Source: Planctomycetaceae bacterium
Lineage (GTDB): Bacteria; Planctomycetota; Planctomycetia; Pirellulales; UBA1268
NCBI GenBank assembly: GCA_011523305.1
Contig: WTHB01000162.1
Location: forward strand, 25,260 to 89,259
Reading direction: 5' to 3'
DNA length: 64,000 bases
Part shown: piece after piece, positions 49,601-57,841 of the stretch
Numbering within the stretch: the first letter of the stretch is position 1
Layout of the letters: every line of letters starts with the position of its first letter
The notes under the pieces: model-generated
What the model was told of the DNA's origin: nothing
Seen by the model: only the letters and a program-made list of their open reading frames with translations
Databases searched by the model: none
Program-made: the position numbers and the translations under genes

Positions 49601-50752
49601 GATCGGGTCTTTGAGGCTGCCACTATTGCTCTGGTGGGCCGGATCGTCGCCAGCGCCCCGGTGGCGGAACCAAACGCCGCAGCGCCCTCGGCTGTGGTGG
49701 TGACCGAGCGGATTCTCGATGGTCTGGCGATTCTCATCCCGAAACTGCTTGAGACCTGGACCACTCATGCCCGGCAACTGCGGCTGTCGGTGCTGGAACG
49801 GGTCCGGGATGACAAGTCTTTCGCTGTCGTCCGGGCGTTCATTGAGCACTATGGCGCCGGGCTGTTCACTCAGCACCTGCTCACGCCGCCAGCCCTGCGG
49901 GGGATTCTTCGTGGTGGGGTGCGACCGTTCCTGGAGCAGCTCATTGAGCGAGATGCCAGCGAGCCAGACTGGCGGGGCGTTCAGGATGATGCCGCGGAGA
50001 CTAACGGCCAGCCACAGCAACTGATTGACGCCCTGGCGTCGGGCCAGCTACCGCTGAAGCAGGCGGCCAGTCGGCTGCGGCTGGTCCTGGAGAGTGTGGC
50101 GGAAAACCATGCGGAGTATCGGGACTGGAACTCCACCACCACCCAGTCGGATCGTGGTGAGTGTCTCTACATTTTGCTCGAGTTTCTGCGAATCAAGGCC
50201 GAGTACGAGCGGATCGTCTGGACCTTGCGGCCGGTGAGCATGGCCCACCGGGTGCTGGTTCGCAGTGGGGCGAACGCGGCAGCCGTCGCCTGGCGGCAGC
50301 GGATGCAGGAGGAGACTGCGGATGCGGCTGAGGAACTGGTCACCCGGCTGAAGACGTTGCAGCAGCAGACCGGCGTTCGGCTGGCCAGCGTCGCCGACCG
50401 GGTGCAGCGTCCGTTCACGGCGATGCTGGAACAGGATGAACTTGAGTCACTTGTTGAGCCGGCCGTCCGGGAACTGGTCGGTGGCAGCCCCACCGGCGCG
50501 GGAGCGCAGCTGGAGTCGCAGGCCGAACAGTTTCTCGGTGTGGCCAGCGGCTCGGGCGTGGAGGTGCCGGACTGGCTTGATCATCTCAGCATCACGGTTG
50601 ACCGGGCGCTGGATGAGGTCGAGTCGGGCGGCCTGCCGACCACGGCCGATCGACCATTGTTGCCGACGAGCCTGGCGGAGTCACTCAGCTGGAGTCGGCT
50701 GCCCTGGGCAACGCTCCTGACGGCGGTGTCTCGCAAGCAGGGGCGGTCATGA
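46670..50752 (+). CDS. Large (~1360 aa) predominantly alpha-helical hypothetical protein
   Basis: Uninterrupted ORF; motifs GYLNFS, DPRAFDFLHP, RPNYLFGLWDP, DPWNILG and EYRDWNSTTTQSDRG; ATGA overlap with the next gene. Confidence 0.85.
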   Translation: MSKAPPLTAPPPDPLAGLLGYLNFSAGAADVTAWSVLSDLYARFEPVADNGRPVEQPDTASRVAEVLREELARLQQADPAFRDVGQVVGVIRIVFDRLLPAYRQFHHDLLEHQAPGALERPFFVMAAAQAVLATGGPWEGADSEVVDRAIRQLNDYMGWRPVAVLENGQLSEPYPHERVRPLPLYVAGAGAAHGRFAALVARAVAILQAAPPELLRQADFDPTLLSELALDPRAFDFLHPAASRPNYLFGLWDPALIDDNGCYRRLVIQQATLEGILSWSAAESAAGSRQELEEESAAVLAGVMLMASGLSGHGPGAAQAGMALADLLPRIATYRDNFYRWLLTQLPPAHRQRLEAEAAVLQQPFGGVRRHINMLLADRRARQVGSVTLASVLARLGRAEAAERLAGLVPAASARMLARITSRIVSAQLAVRQAATAALGAAHDTLDEARNLLVRGIDCGALVDPWNILGLAGQFPLHEPGGEALPDPRVDDLIGTVGNLLETWCTVWQRACLEGDEDLAARAGTAVEDLATWWDQFATTTVTGIPHLSGSETLQSAREVIAVLEERRATAPTPLPAGFWREAVADFSSSRTHAAATEALLREGDFDAAMGLLVHWVSLLEGDEIDHSGSSWLLAAHRWLRAAFADLSEGGQHRIRRFLELVEANTAGVAELIELAATGKEPTIRNEPDLSLPEDADDDPFSADESVASAYESMVWQDSADDGTDGGMLDVDLPGGGGGHPVVAVEEAADFLTGVIMMLRQTVATGCLDAAAGRITTDAAEIDSLRGWRQTLRRLRRAMVRAATHIVSRDQKPAPGMSPAEFDRLRWQRDAAAERLIEAALQTGETIWMLSARLALARGQVRPSTRSDAVAAAARSLPKPAVGRLLAAVFVDDQKTMHEQVTRIRQHLRGRSVLYVPLSRGGRPDRIVAARMRERLLERLVAILPRRGLVEETIDLVRLAKSLESRRPPGAASVSEFDRVFEAATIALVGRIVASAPVAEPNAAAPSAVVVTERILDGLAILIPKLLETWTTHARQLRLSVLERVRDDKSFAVVRAFIEHYGAGLFTQHLLTPPALRGILRGGVRPFLEQLIERDASEPDWRGVQDDAAETNGQPQQLIDALASGQLPLKQAASRLRLVLESVAENHAEYRDWNSTTTQSDRGECLYILLEFLRIKAEYERIVWTLRPVSMAHRVLVRSGANAAAVAWRQRMQEETADAAEELVTRLKTLQQQTGVRLASVADRVQRPFTAMLEQDELESLVEPAVRELVGGSPTGAGAQLESQAEQFLGVASGSGVEVPDWLDHLSITVDRALDEVESGGLPTTADRPLLPTSLAESLSWSRLPWATLLTAVSRKQGRS

Positions 50753-51516
50753 GGGGTGCTACACAGCCGGTGCGTGCAGCCGGTTCCGCGTCCTCGGGCC
50801 GAGCGTTGAGTGTCTGGCTTGCCGGGCGAATTGAACACGATGCTTATCAGGCGATGGCGGAACGGCTGGCCTGGGAAGTGTCAGAGCCAGCCGGGCGGCC
50901 CCCGACGCTGGTCATCTATGAGCCCGCCGTCGGTATTTCGATTGGTCGGCTGGGATCGCAGACGGACATCGACCTGTCTCCTGAGGAACGCACCGCCCAG
51001 GGAATTCCTTTGCGGTTTGTGGGCCGCGGGGGTGGGGTGGTGCCCCACGGACCGGGTCAGATCGGCATCGGTCTGTTTGCACCGTTGGCTGGCTTGGGGC
51101 TGGGCCCGACCGACATTGGCGGCCTGGTGGAGCGGTTTGAAGCGGGACTGGAGGCGGCGGTTCGCAGTCTCCGGTGTGCGGCTGTTCGTGACTCGCGGCA
51201 TCCCGGGATTTTCGGCCGGTCGGGGCTGCTGGCCGCGGTGAGTTTGGCGGTCCGGCGTGGCATTGTCTGGCACGGCGGGTTCCTCAATGTCTGCCCAGCC
51301 CTTGAGCTGTTTCGCCGTGTGCAGACGGTCCCTGTCGCCGCCAGCCTCACGCGGCGTACCATGGGGTCGGTGCAGGCTGAACTGCGCCGCCGGGTTCGGC
51401 TGCAGGATGCCCGTACGGCAGTTGTTCGCGGACTGACTGATGCCTTTGGCTGCGGTGAGGCCTCGATTCAGTCGGGGGTGCCACTCCCCGCTATTCGGAA
51501 CCAACGCACCGCTTGA
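50749..51516 (+). CDS. LipB/BPL-fold octanoyltransferase-like protein, catalytic residues apparently lost
   Basis: GRGGG..HGPGQI, HPGIF and WHGGFLNV retained; LLAAVS replaces K(I)xxxG and VQTVP replaces IxPCG. Confidence 0.82.
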   Translation: MRGATQPVRAAGSASSGRALSVWLAGRIEHDAYQAMAERLAWEVSEPAGRPPTLVIYEPAVGISIGRLGSQTDIDLSPEERTAQGIPLRFVGRGGGVVPHGPGQIGIGLFAPLAGLGLGPTDIGGLVERFEAGLEAAVRSLRCAAVRDSRHPGIFGRSGLLAAVSLAVRRGIVWHGGFLNVCPALELFRRVQTVPVAASLTRRTMGSVQAELRRRVRLQDARTAVVRGLTDAFGCGEASIQSGVPLPAIRNQRTA

Positions 51517-51534
51517 GCGGCCGTACCCCCACGC

Positions 51535-52521
51535 GTGAGAGACTCGAGGAGCCGTCCTGTGACACCTGACCCAGCCACACACTCCACTGCCACCAACCCG
51601 CTTCCCATCCTGGGCAATCCTCCCGCTGAGTCGACCGCCTGCGGCAGTGCTGCCGTGGTGGCTCCACCGGTCTCGCGGCGGCTGCCCCCGTGGCTGCGGC
51701 AGAACCTGGGGGAAGGCGGCGGGCATGGTGAGACTGCCGGGCTGATTGCGGAGCTCGATCTGGAAACGGTCTGTTCATCAGCCAAGTGCCCCAACCGGCT
51801 GGAGTGCTGGTCTGCCGGCACGGCCACCTTCATGATCCTGGGAAATGTCTGCACCCGTCCCTGTGGTTTCTGTTCCGTCCCCAAGGGCAAGACCGAGGTC
51901 CTGGAAGCCGACGAGCCTGACCGCGTGGCCGAGGCGGCCCGCCGGCTGGGGCTGAAGCATGTCGTGATCACCAGTGTGACCCGGGACGATCTGCCTGATG
52001 GTGGGGCTGACCATTTCCGGCAGACGGTGGCAGCGGTGCGGAAGGCGACCGGGGCGACGATTGAAGTGCTGGTGCCAGACTTCATCGGGAAGGAGGGGGC
52101 CTTGGAGCGGCTGCTGGAGAGCCGGCCCGAAGTCTTCAATCACAACACGGAAACGGTGCCGCGGCTTTATCGCACCGTGCGAGGCCGCAAGAGCGTCTAT
52201 GCCTGGACGCTCCAGTTGCTGGCCGATGCCAAGCGGATCATGCCTGAGATCAAGACAAAGAGTGGGCTGATGCTTGGCCTCGGTGAGACCCGTGAGGAAT
52301 TGCTCGAGGTGTTTGCCGATTTGCTCAGCCATGGCGTTGATTTCTTGACGCTGGGTCAATACCTCCAGCCGTCCCTCGACAGCCTGCCGGTCGACCGCTA
52401 CGTGCTCCCGGAAGAGTTCGATGAGTTGGGCGACCTGGCCCGCAGCATGGGGTTTGCCAAGGTTGCCTCCGGACCACTCGTGCGGTCGAGTTATCACGCC
52501 CGCGAAATGGCCGAGGTGTGA
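51535..52521 (+). CDS. lipA: Lipoyl synthase
   Basis: CSSAKCPNRLEC (CX4CX5C), CTRPCGFC (radical SAM), HNTET, GQYLQP and VRSSYHA. Confidence 0.97.
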   Translation: MRDSRSRPVTPDPATHSTATNPLPILGNPPAESTACGSAAVVAPPVSRRLPPWLRQNLGEGGGHGETAGLIAELDLETVCSSAKCPNRLECWSAGTATFMILGNVCTRPCGFCSVPKGKTEVLEADEPDRVAEAARRLGLKHVVITSVTRDDLPDGGADHFRQTVAAVRKATGATIEVLVPDFIGKEGALERLLESRPEVFNHNTETVPRLYRTVRGRKSVYAWTLQLLADAKRIMPEIKTKSGLMLGLGETREELLEVFADLLSHGVDFLTLGQYLQPSLDSLPVDRYVLPEEFDELGDLARSMGFAKVASGPLVRSSYHAREMAEV

Positions 52522-52561
52522 ACCGAAAGGGTGAGCGGCATTTTTACCGAAGCCGAGCCGC

Positions 52562-52739
52562 ATTCCCTCACCGTGCGGTTCAGGCTTGTGTGGCGTGGTG
52601 CTCACGCGTGGTCACGCTACTGACCGAAGCCCGAGGTGCGAGCCGAGAGAATGTGCGACGGGCACACCCAGGCAAAGCGATTTCCCGCACCGTGCGGTTC
52701 GAGTGTGTGTGGCGTAGTACTCACGCGTACTCACGCTGC
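52562..52739. repeat. Two imperfect ~58-bp direct repeats, each with a hairpin, in a convergent intergenic region
   Basis: 52563-52620 ttccctcaccgtgcggttcaggcttgtgtggcgtggtgctcacgcgtggtcacgctac versus 52682-52739 ttcccgcaccgtgcggttcgagtgtgtgtggcgtagtactcacgcgtactcacgctgc. Confidence 0.8.
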
Positions 52740-52764
52740 CGATAAAACCTGGAGACGCGAGGGG

Positions 52765-53826
52765 CTAATCGTCCTCGGGTGACTCGTCGAGGCCGTGCTC
52801 AATCAATTTCTTGCGGAGCGTGTTGCGGTTGATGCCCAGTCGGGCGGCGGCCTTCAGTTGCACGCCATCGCAGGCGGCCAGCATCTGGGCGATTAACTCC
52901 CGCTCAACTCGACTAACGACCCGCTCAAACAGATTGGCATCGCCTTCCGGGGCGGTGGCCATGCCCTGTTCGACTAGATCACGGGCGAGGCTGTCGAGAT
53001 CCCCGCCGCGGCCCGGCATGGAGATGGCCGGCTGTTCTCCTCGGACGGTCGGCGGCAGCAGGTCGCGGGTGAGTTCCTCTCCGGTCGCCAGGATCACGCA
53101 CCGTTCCATGACATTCTGCAGCTCGCGAACATTGCCCGGCCAGTGATGCTGGCAGAGGGCCTCCATCACTGTGGGGTGCACGCTCGTGATCGTGCGGTCG
53201 TTCTCCCGACAGTACACCGCCAGGAAGTGCTGCACGAGAGTGGGGATGTCGTCACGGCGATTCCGCAACGGGGGCAGGTAGATCGGTACCACGTTGAGCC
53301 GGTAGTAGAGATCTTCACGAAAGGTCTCACGGGCGACCTCGTCGAGCAGTTCCCGATTGCTTGCGGCAATCACCCGGGTGTCGACCCGGATTGTTTCGGT
53401 GTCACCAACCCGCTCAAACTCCCGCTCTTGCAGGACCCGCAGCAGTTTCACCTGGAGTTTCGGAGTGGTGGAGTTGATCTCATCGAGGAAGATGGTGCCG
53501 GTGTGGGCAGCCTCGAACCGGCCGGCCCGATTAGCAACGGCCCCGGTGAACGAGCCGCGCACATGGCCGAACAGTTCGCTCTCCAGCAGGCTTTCCGACA
53601 GGGCACCGCAGTTGACCCGCACGAAGGGGCCGCTGCTTCGGGGTGAGAGATCGTGGATGGCCCGGGCGATCAGTTCCTTCCCGGTGCCGGTTTCACCAAT
53701 GAGCAGCACCGAGGCTGTCGAGGCTGCCACCCGGCGGGTCATCGCGTAGACATCCCGCATGGCGGGGCTCTGCCCGATGATGCCCTCCAAAGGGTCGGCA
53801 GTCTCGTCAGCTGGGGTCCTGAGCAT
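52765..53826 (-). CDS. Sigma54-dependent Fis-family enhancer-binding protein without N-terminal sensory domain
   Basis: [47 protein letters not shown] and [18 protein letters not shown]; the AAA+ domain begins ~12 aa after the start. Confidence 0.93.
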   Translation of the reverse strand: MLRTPADETADPLEGIIGQSPAMRDVYAMTRRVAASTASVLLIGETGTGKELIARAIHDLSPRSSGPFVRVNCGALSESLLESELFGHVRGSFTGAVANRAGRFEAAHTGTIFLDEINSTTPKLQVKLLRVLQEREFERVGDTETIRVDTRVIAASNRELLDEVARETFREDLYYRLNVVPIYLPPLRNRRDDIPTLVQHFLAVYCRENDRTITSVHPTVMEALCQHHWPGNVRELQNVMERCVILATGEELTRDLLPPTVRGEQPAISMPGRGGDLDSLARDLVEQGMATAPEGDANLFERVVSRVERELIAQMLAACDGVQLKAAARLGINRNTLRKKLIEHGLDESPEDD

Positions 53827-56305
53827 CAGCAGCCAGTGCCAGGCGGGAAGGAGGGGTGAGCAGGGCAAGGATGCGGCGGCCGATTTGTTGGTCGTCCGCA
53901 CCGACCGCCGCATTGTACAGCTCAACGGCGTTCTGCACGTCGCGGCGTTCCAAGAGGATGCCGTGGCTGGAAATGCTCTGCTCAAGTGCCGTCACCGCTG
54001 CCTCCCGCACGACGTCAGGCAGTTCTCCCTGCCAGGCCAGGTCAAAAACCACCTGCTGTGCCCGGGGAAGTGGCATGACAGCCAGCAGGTCGAGGGCCGG
54101 GTCGAAGGTTTCGGCCTGCCGCAGGCCGGTGCGGGCGGCGGGGAGTGCGGCGGTCACATCCCAGCCGTGATGACCAAGCTGCCCAAGCACGCTAAGGGCC
54201 CGCGCAGCTCCCGTCAGCCGGTGGCCTGCCTGCCTGCGACGCTGGCCTTCGTCAGCGGCCTGCGAACCGGCCACACGGGCCAGCGTTTCGGGGAAGCGGG
54301 GCTGCAGCACTCGGGCGGCGTCGCCGTCAGCAGCCGCAAGGTGGGGCAGAAACTGGCTTTCCAGCCGGTCGGTCAGTTGGACTTGATCAAAGTCAGCCGT
54401 GGTCAGTTGCTGCCGGGTGCGGTGGCGGCCGCTCCGGGTGTCGTCGAGAGGATCGAGCACGACCAGAACTGGCAGCGGATCACCTCGGGTCGGTTGCCGC
54501 AACAGCGTGATCAGTTCGCGGGAGGCGAGGTCGGGCAGCCGCGAGCTGCTGAGCACAAACCGGACATCAGGGGACTGCCAAGCGGCAAGCAGGCAATCGC
54601 GGCCACTGGTTGCCGTGTCAACGTCATAGCCGAAGCGGGAGAGCCCCGTGGCCAGCAACTGGGCCACCCGCTGACTCGGGTGGGCGACGACGGCGCGGTC
54701 AACACCGGTCGCGGAGGCAGCGTAGATCAGCCGATCGAGCATGCGGCTGGAGCCAGGGAAGGGGGATGATCCGGCAGTTGCGGCAAGGGTGCGGGCCGCC
54801 TCATCCTGCACGAGATCCGAGGCCATCTGCGTTGCCCGCACCAGCGCAGGGCGGATCAGTTCCAGCGGAACGTCAGGGGCCTGTTCCCGCAGACTGCGAA
54901 CGGCAACCGCCGCCGCCCGTGGCATCTCACGGGTGACGGCCTCGTCGAGTACCTCAGCCGTCAGCACCGGGTCGTAGCCGGCCGGTCCGGTTAGCATGTC
55001 GGTCAGTTCCTGAGCCGGAATGGCCGCCAGTGCACCGGCCGGGTCGTCTGCAAACACGAGGCTTGAATCGGCCTGGGCCAGCAGCACCAGCCTCACGGCC
55101 TCAGGGGCATCGCAGCCCAGTGCGGACAGGTCTCGGGACAGATGCCCGGCCCGCAGGCTCCGAACCACCAGCGGCGGCAGCGTGCGAATCTCTGACCGAC
55201 CGGTTTGATCGATCCACAGATGGGTTTCAACGGCTGGCTCGAGTTGGCCGCCCGCAGCAGCCGACTCGATCAGACTGTTGGCGCGCGGCAGGCCGGCGGG
55301 CGACAGCAGGCGATCGAGTTTTTCGGTCAGCAGGCGGCAGCCTGTTTCACCGGAAAGTTGCTGGCGGCTGCAGGCTGGCGGAGCAAGGCCACGGCTGGCG
55401 AGTTTATTGAGCAGGGTGGCGGCAGCGAGTTGCGTCGGCTCGGGTACGTCGCTGATCAGTGCTGGCCCCAGCAGCACACTGACCAGGTCGAGTGAGGCCT
55501 CAGGCGTGGGCTGACCAGTTGGCAGGCTTCCCCGGTCGACCAGCACATCGAGCGCGGTCATCACTCCTGAGAAGCGGTCGATGTCGGCAGAGCCGAGCCA
55601 GGCGATCAGGGCTTCTGTGCCTCGCGTTCCTAGTCGGCCGACAAGTTGCCGGGCCAGCCGTCGGGTGCGAACAAAAGTCGCTGCCCGTTCAAGATCACCG
55701 GGGGCTGGCGGCGGCTGCATCAACAGGTCGACCAGAGCCGGTAGGGCTGCCGTGCCTCCCCGGGTGAGCGTGTCAGCTGCCTCGAGCCGTTCCTGCCGAG
55801 CGTCACTGGCCAGCGCTCGGGCGGCCTCTGCCAGCCGAGCCGGGTCGGTCCGCCGTTGCCGGGCGGCCGTTCGCATCCCGTCCAGCAGTGTTGCTGTTGC
55901 CGTGGCGCGTTCCGGCTGGGCATTGTTCTTCAAAAACCGTTCCAGCCGACTGAGGTCGGCGGCTGACACGGCCTCGCCAAGCATGGCGAGTGTGGTGTCG
56001 GGATCAGCCTCGCCGGCCAATACCTGGTCGAACTGATCGAGAAACTCAAGCGTCGGCTCAAGGGCCTCGACGGCGGCAGCGCGAATGGCGGCCTTCAGCA
56101 GCGCCGCAGGGGTCGTCCGTGGAGGATGCCGCAGGGAATCGACCACGGCCCACTGCAGGGGATCGAGCCGGGCAGCAGTGTCGGCGGGGGCGGGTGGGGC
56201 TGCGTTGCCAGGTGCGCAGAGCAGAGCTCCAACACCAATCAGCGCGGCGGTCACGCCAACGGTTGCAACCGTTCGACTCTGCCTGCCCACACGTTGTCCT
56301 TTCAC
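53807..56305 (-). CDS. Exported HEAT-like repeat protein with degenerate receiver-like domain
   Basis: Signal peptide; HEAT-like [24 protein letters not shown]; receiver-like segment at ~54460-54700. Confidence 0.72.
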   Translation of the reverse strand: MKGQRVGRQSRTVATVGVTAALIGVGALLCAPGNAAPPAPADTAARLDPLQWAVVDSLRHPPRTTPAALLKAAIRAAAVEALEPTLEFLDQFDQVLAGEADPDTTLAMLGEAVSAADLSRLERFLKNNAQPERATATATLLDGMRTAARQRRTDPARLAEAARALASDARQERLEAADTLTRGGTAALPALVDLLMQPPPAPGDLERAATFVRTRRLARQLVGRLGTRGTEALIAWLGSADIDRFSGVMTALDVLVDRGSLPTGQPTPEASLDLVSVLLGPALISDVPEPTQLAAATLLNKLASRGLAPPACSRQQLSGETGCRLLTEKLDRLLSPAGLPRANSLIESAAAGGQLEPAVETHLWIDQTGRSEIRTLPPLVVRSLRAGHLSRDLSALGCDAPEAVRLVLLAQADSSLVFADDPAGALAAIPAQELTDMLTGPAGYDPVLTAEVLDEAVTREMPRAAAVAVRSLREQAPDVPLELIRPALVRATQMASDLVQDEAARTLAATAGSSPFPGSSRMLDRLIYAASATGVDRAVVAHPSQRVAQLLATGLSRFGYDVDTATSGRDCLLAAWQSPDVRFVLSSSRLPDLASRELITLLRQPTRGDPLPVLVVLDPLDDTRSGRHRTRQQLTTADFDQVQLTDRLESQFLPHLAAADGDAARVLQPRFPETLARVAGSQAADEGQRRRQAGHRLTGAARALSVLGQLGHHGWDVTAALPAARTGLRQAETFDPALDLLAVMPLPRAQQVVFDLAWQGELPDVVREAAVTALEQSISSHGILLERRDVQNAVELYNAAVGADDQQIGRRILALLTPPSRLALAADAQDPS

Positions 56306-56311
56306 TGCCGA

Positions 56312-57742
56312 CTAGGTTTCGGCAGTCTCCAGACGCTGCCGCCACGCAGCCACTTGTTCGGCCACTTGGGCCGGAGCGGTCGAGCCAAAACTCACCATCC
56401 GTTCAACTGCCCGTGAGGCGCCCAGAGCATTCCGCAGACTGGCGTTCCAGCCGGCATAGTCGCTTCGACAGTCATCATCGGAAAGGTCTGCCAGGGTGCA
56501 GCCTGCGTTCAGTGCCCGCCGGACCAGTTTGCCGACGGTTTCATGGGCGGTTCGCTGGGGTACGCCCTCGCTGATTAGGGCCTCCATCAGTGTGGTGGCA
56601 TCGAGGTGGCCGCGGTCGATCGAGGCATTGATCCGATCCCGTGCAAACGCGGTGCCCGCCACCAAGGGGGCGGCTACTCCAAGCATCGCTTCGAGGGTAT
56701 CGATTGAGTCGAAGACGGCCTCCTTGTCTTCCTGCAAGTCACGATTGTAGGCAGTTGGCAGACCTTTTAGCAGCACGAGTAACTGTTGCACGTTACCAAT
56801 GGTGCGGGCCGACTTGCCCCGAACAAGCTCGAGGACGTCGGGGTTGATCTTCTGCGGCATGATCGAACTGCCAGTGCAGAAAGCCTCCGGTAGATTCAGG
56901 AAGCCGAACTCGTCGGTGCTGTAGATGATCCACTCTTCGGCCCACTGCGACAGGTGCACGGCGGTCAGGGAGAGCACGAAACTGAGTTCACAGACAAAGT
57001 CACGGTCACTGGCGGCGTCGAGACTGTTGGCCGCAGTGGTGGCGAAGCCAAGGGCCACCCGGGTCTTTTCCCGATCGATCGGTAGGCTGGTGCCAGCGAG
57101 CGCCGCCGAGCCGAGTGGCATAATGTTTGTGCGGCGACGGCAGTCGGCCAGCCGGTCCCGGTCGCGGGCAAACTTTTCACACCAGCCGAGCAGTTGATGG
57201 GCACCCAGCACCGGCTGGGCCCGCCGCAGATGGGTGTAGGCAGGAATGACCAGGTCTTGCTCACGGGTTGCCAGGTCGAGGAAGGCCCGCTGCAGGTCGA
57301 GCAGGCCGGCGTCGATCCGGTCGATGGCCCGCCGGCAGTAGAGTCTGAGGTCGGTGGCCACCTGGTCGTTGCGGCTACGGGCGGTGTGCAGTTTGCGGCC
57401 GGTGTCGCCGAGCCGTTCGGTCAACGCCGATTCAATATGCAGGTGTATATCTTCCTTGGCAGCCGTGAAGGTGAACTGGTCGCTGGCAATTTCCTGGCGG
57501 ATCTCCTCAAGCGTGTCGCGGATGGCATCGGCCTCGGCCGCGGTAATCAGGCCGCAGTCGGCCAGCATCCGCGAGTGGGCAATCGACCCATCGATGTCGT
57601 CGTCGGCCAGCCGGCGGTCAAACGAGATGCTTTCGGAAAAGGCTTCAACCCGTTTGTCGGTTGGGACGTTGAAGACGCCTCCCCAGGCCTTGCCGCCACT
57701 GGCAGCGGTGGGGGCGGCGGTGGATTTGGCTGAGTCGGTCAC
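56312..57742 (-). CDS. argH: Argininosuccinate lyase
   Basis: WGG.F, EDIH, LHTARSRNDQ, YTHL, GSSIMPQKINPD and YNRDLQEDK. Confidence 0.98.
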   Translation of the reverse strand: MTDSAKSTAAPTAASGGKAWGGVFNVPTDKRVEAFSESISFDRRLADDDIDGSIAHSRMLADCGLITAAEADAIRDTLEEIRQEIASDQFTFTAAKEDIHLHIESALTERLGDTGRKLHTARSRNDQVATDLRLYCRRAIDRIDAGLLDLQRAFLDLATREQDLVIPAYTHLRRAQPVLGAHQLLGWCEKFARDRDRLADCRRRTNIMPLGSAALAGTSLPIDREKTRVALGFATTAANSLDAASDRDFVCELSFVLSLTAVHLSQWAEEWIIYSTDEFGFLNLPEAFCTGSSIMPQKINPDVLELVRGKSARTIGNVQQLLVLLKGLPTAYNRDLQEDKEAVFDSIDTLEAMLGVAAPLVAGTAFARDRINASIDRGHLDATTLMEALISEGVPQRTAHETVGKLVRRALNAGCTLADLSDDDCRSDYAGWNASLRNALGASRAVERMVSFGSTAPAQVAEQVAAWRQRLETAET

Positions 57743-57777
57743 AGATCGCTCATTGGTACGTGGAGGTGAAAACCATC

Positions 57778-57796
57778 AGTTTACCACCGTTTGCCG
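57778..57796 (-). promoter_or_regulatory. Putative extended -10 promoter for argH (TG-G-TAAACT)
   Basis: Minus strand CGGCAAACGGTGGTAAACT, ~35 nt upstream of the argH start. Confidence 0.45.
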
Positions 57797-57841
57797 GTGA
57801 TGCGCTGCCGGCAGCCGGCGTGTTTCGGCTAGATTCAGGGC

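Noticed and set aside
52562-52739. Mini CRISPR array
   Set aside because: Only two long, divergent copies and no cas genes in the window.
52518-52745. 75-aa ORF spanning the duplicated motif
   Set aside because: The two repeat copies fall in different frames and the product has no recognisable features; the repeat is better explained as non-coding.
53807-53985. Programmed frameshift fusing the pseudo-receiver protein to the sigma54 activator
   Set aside because: The activator frame is open upstream, but no slippery heptamer was seen and an ATG at 53826 gives a normal short overlap.
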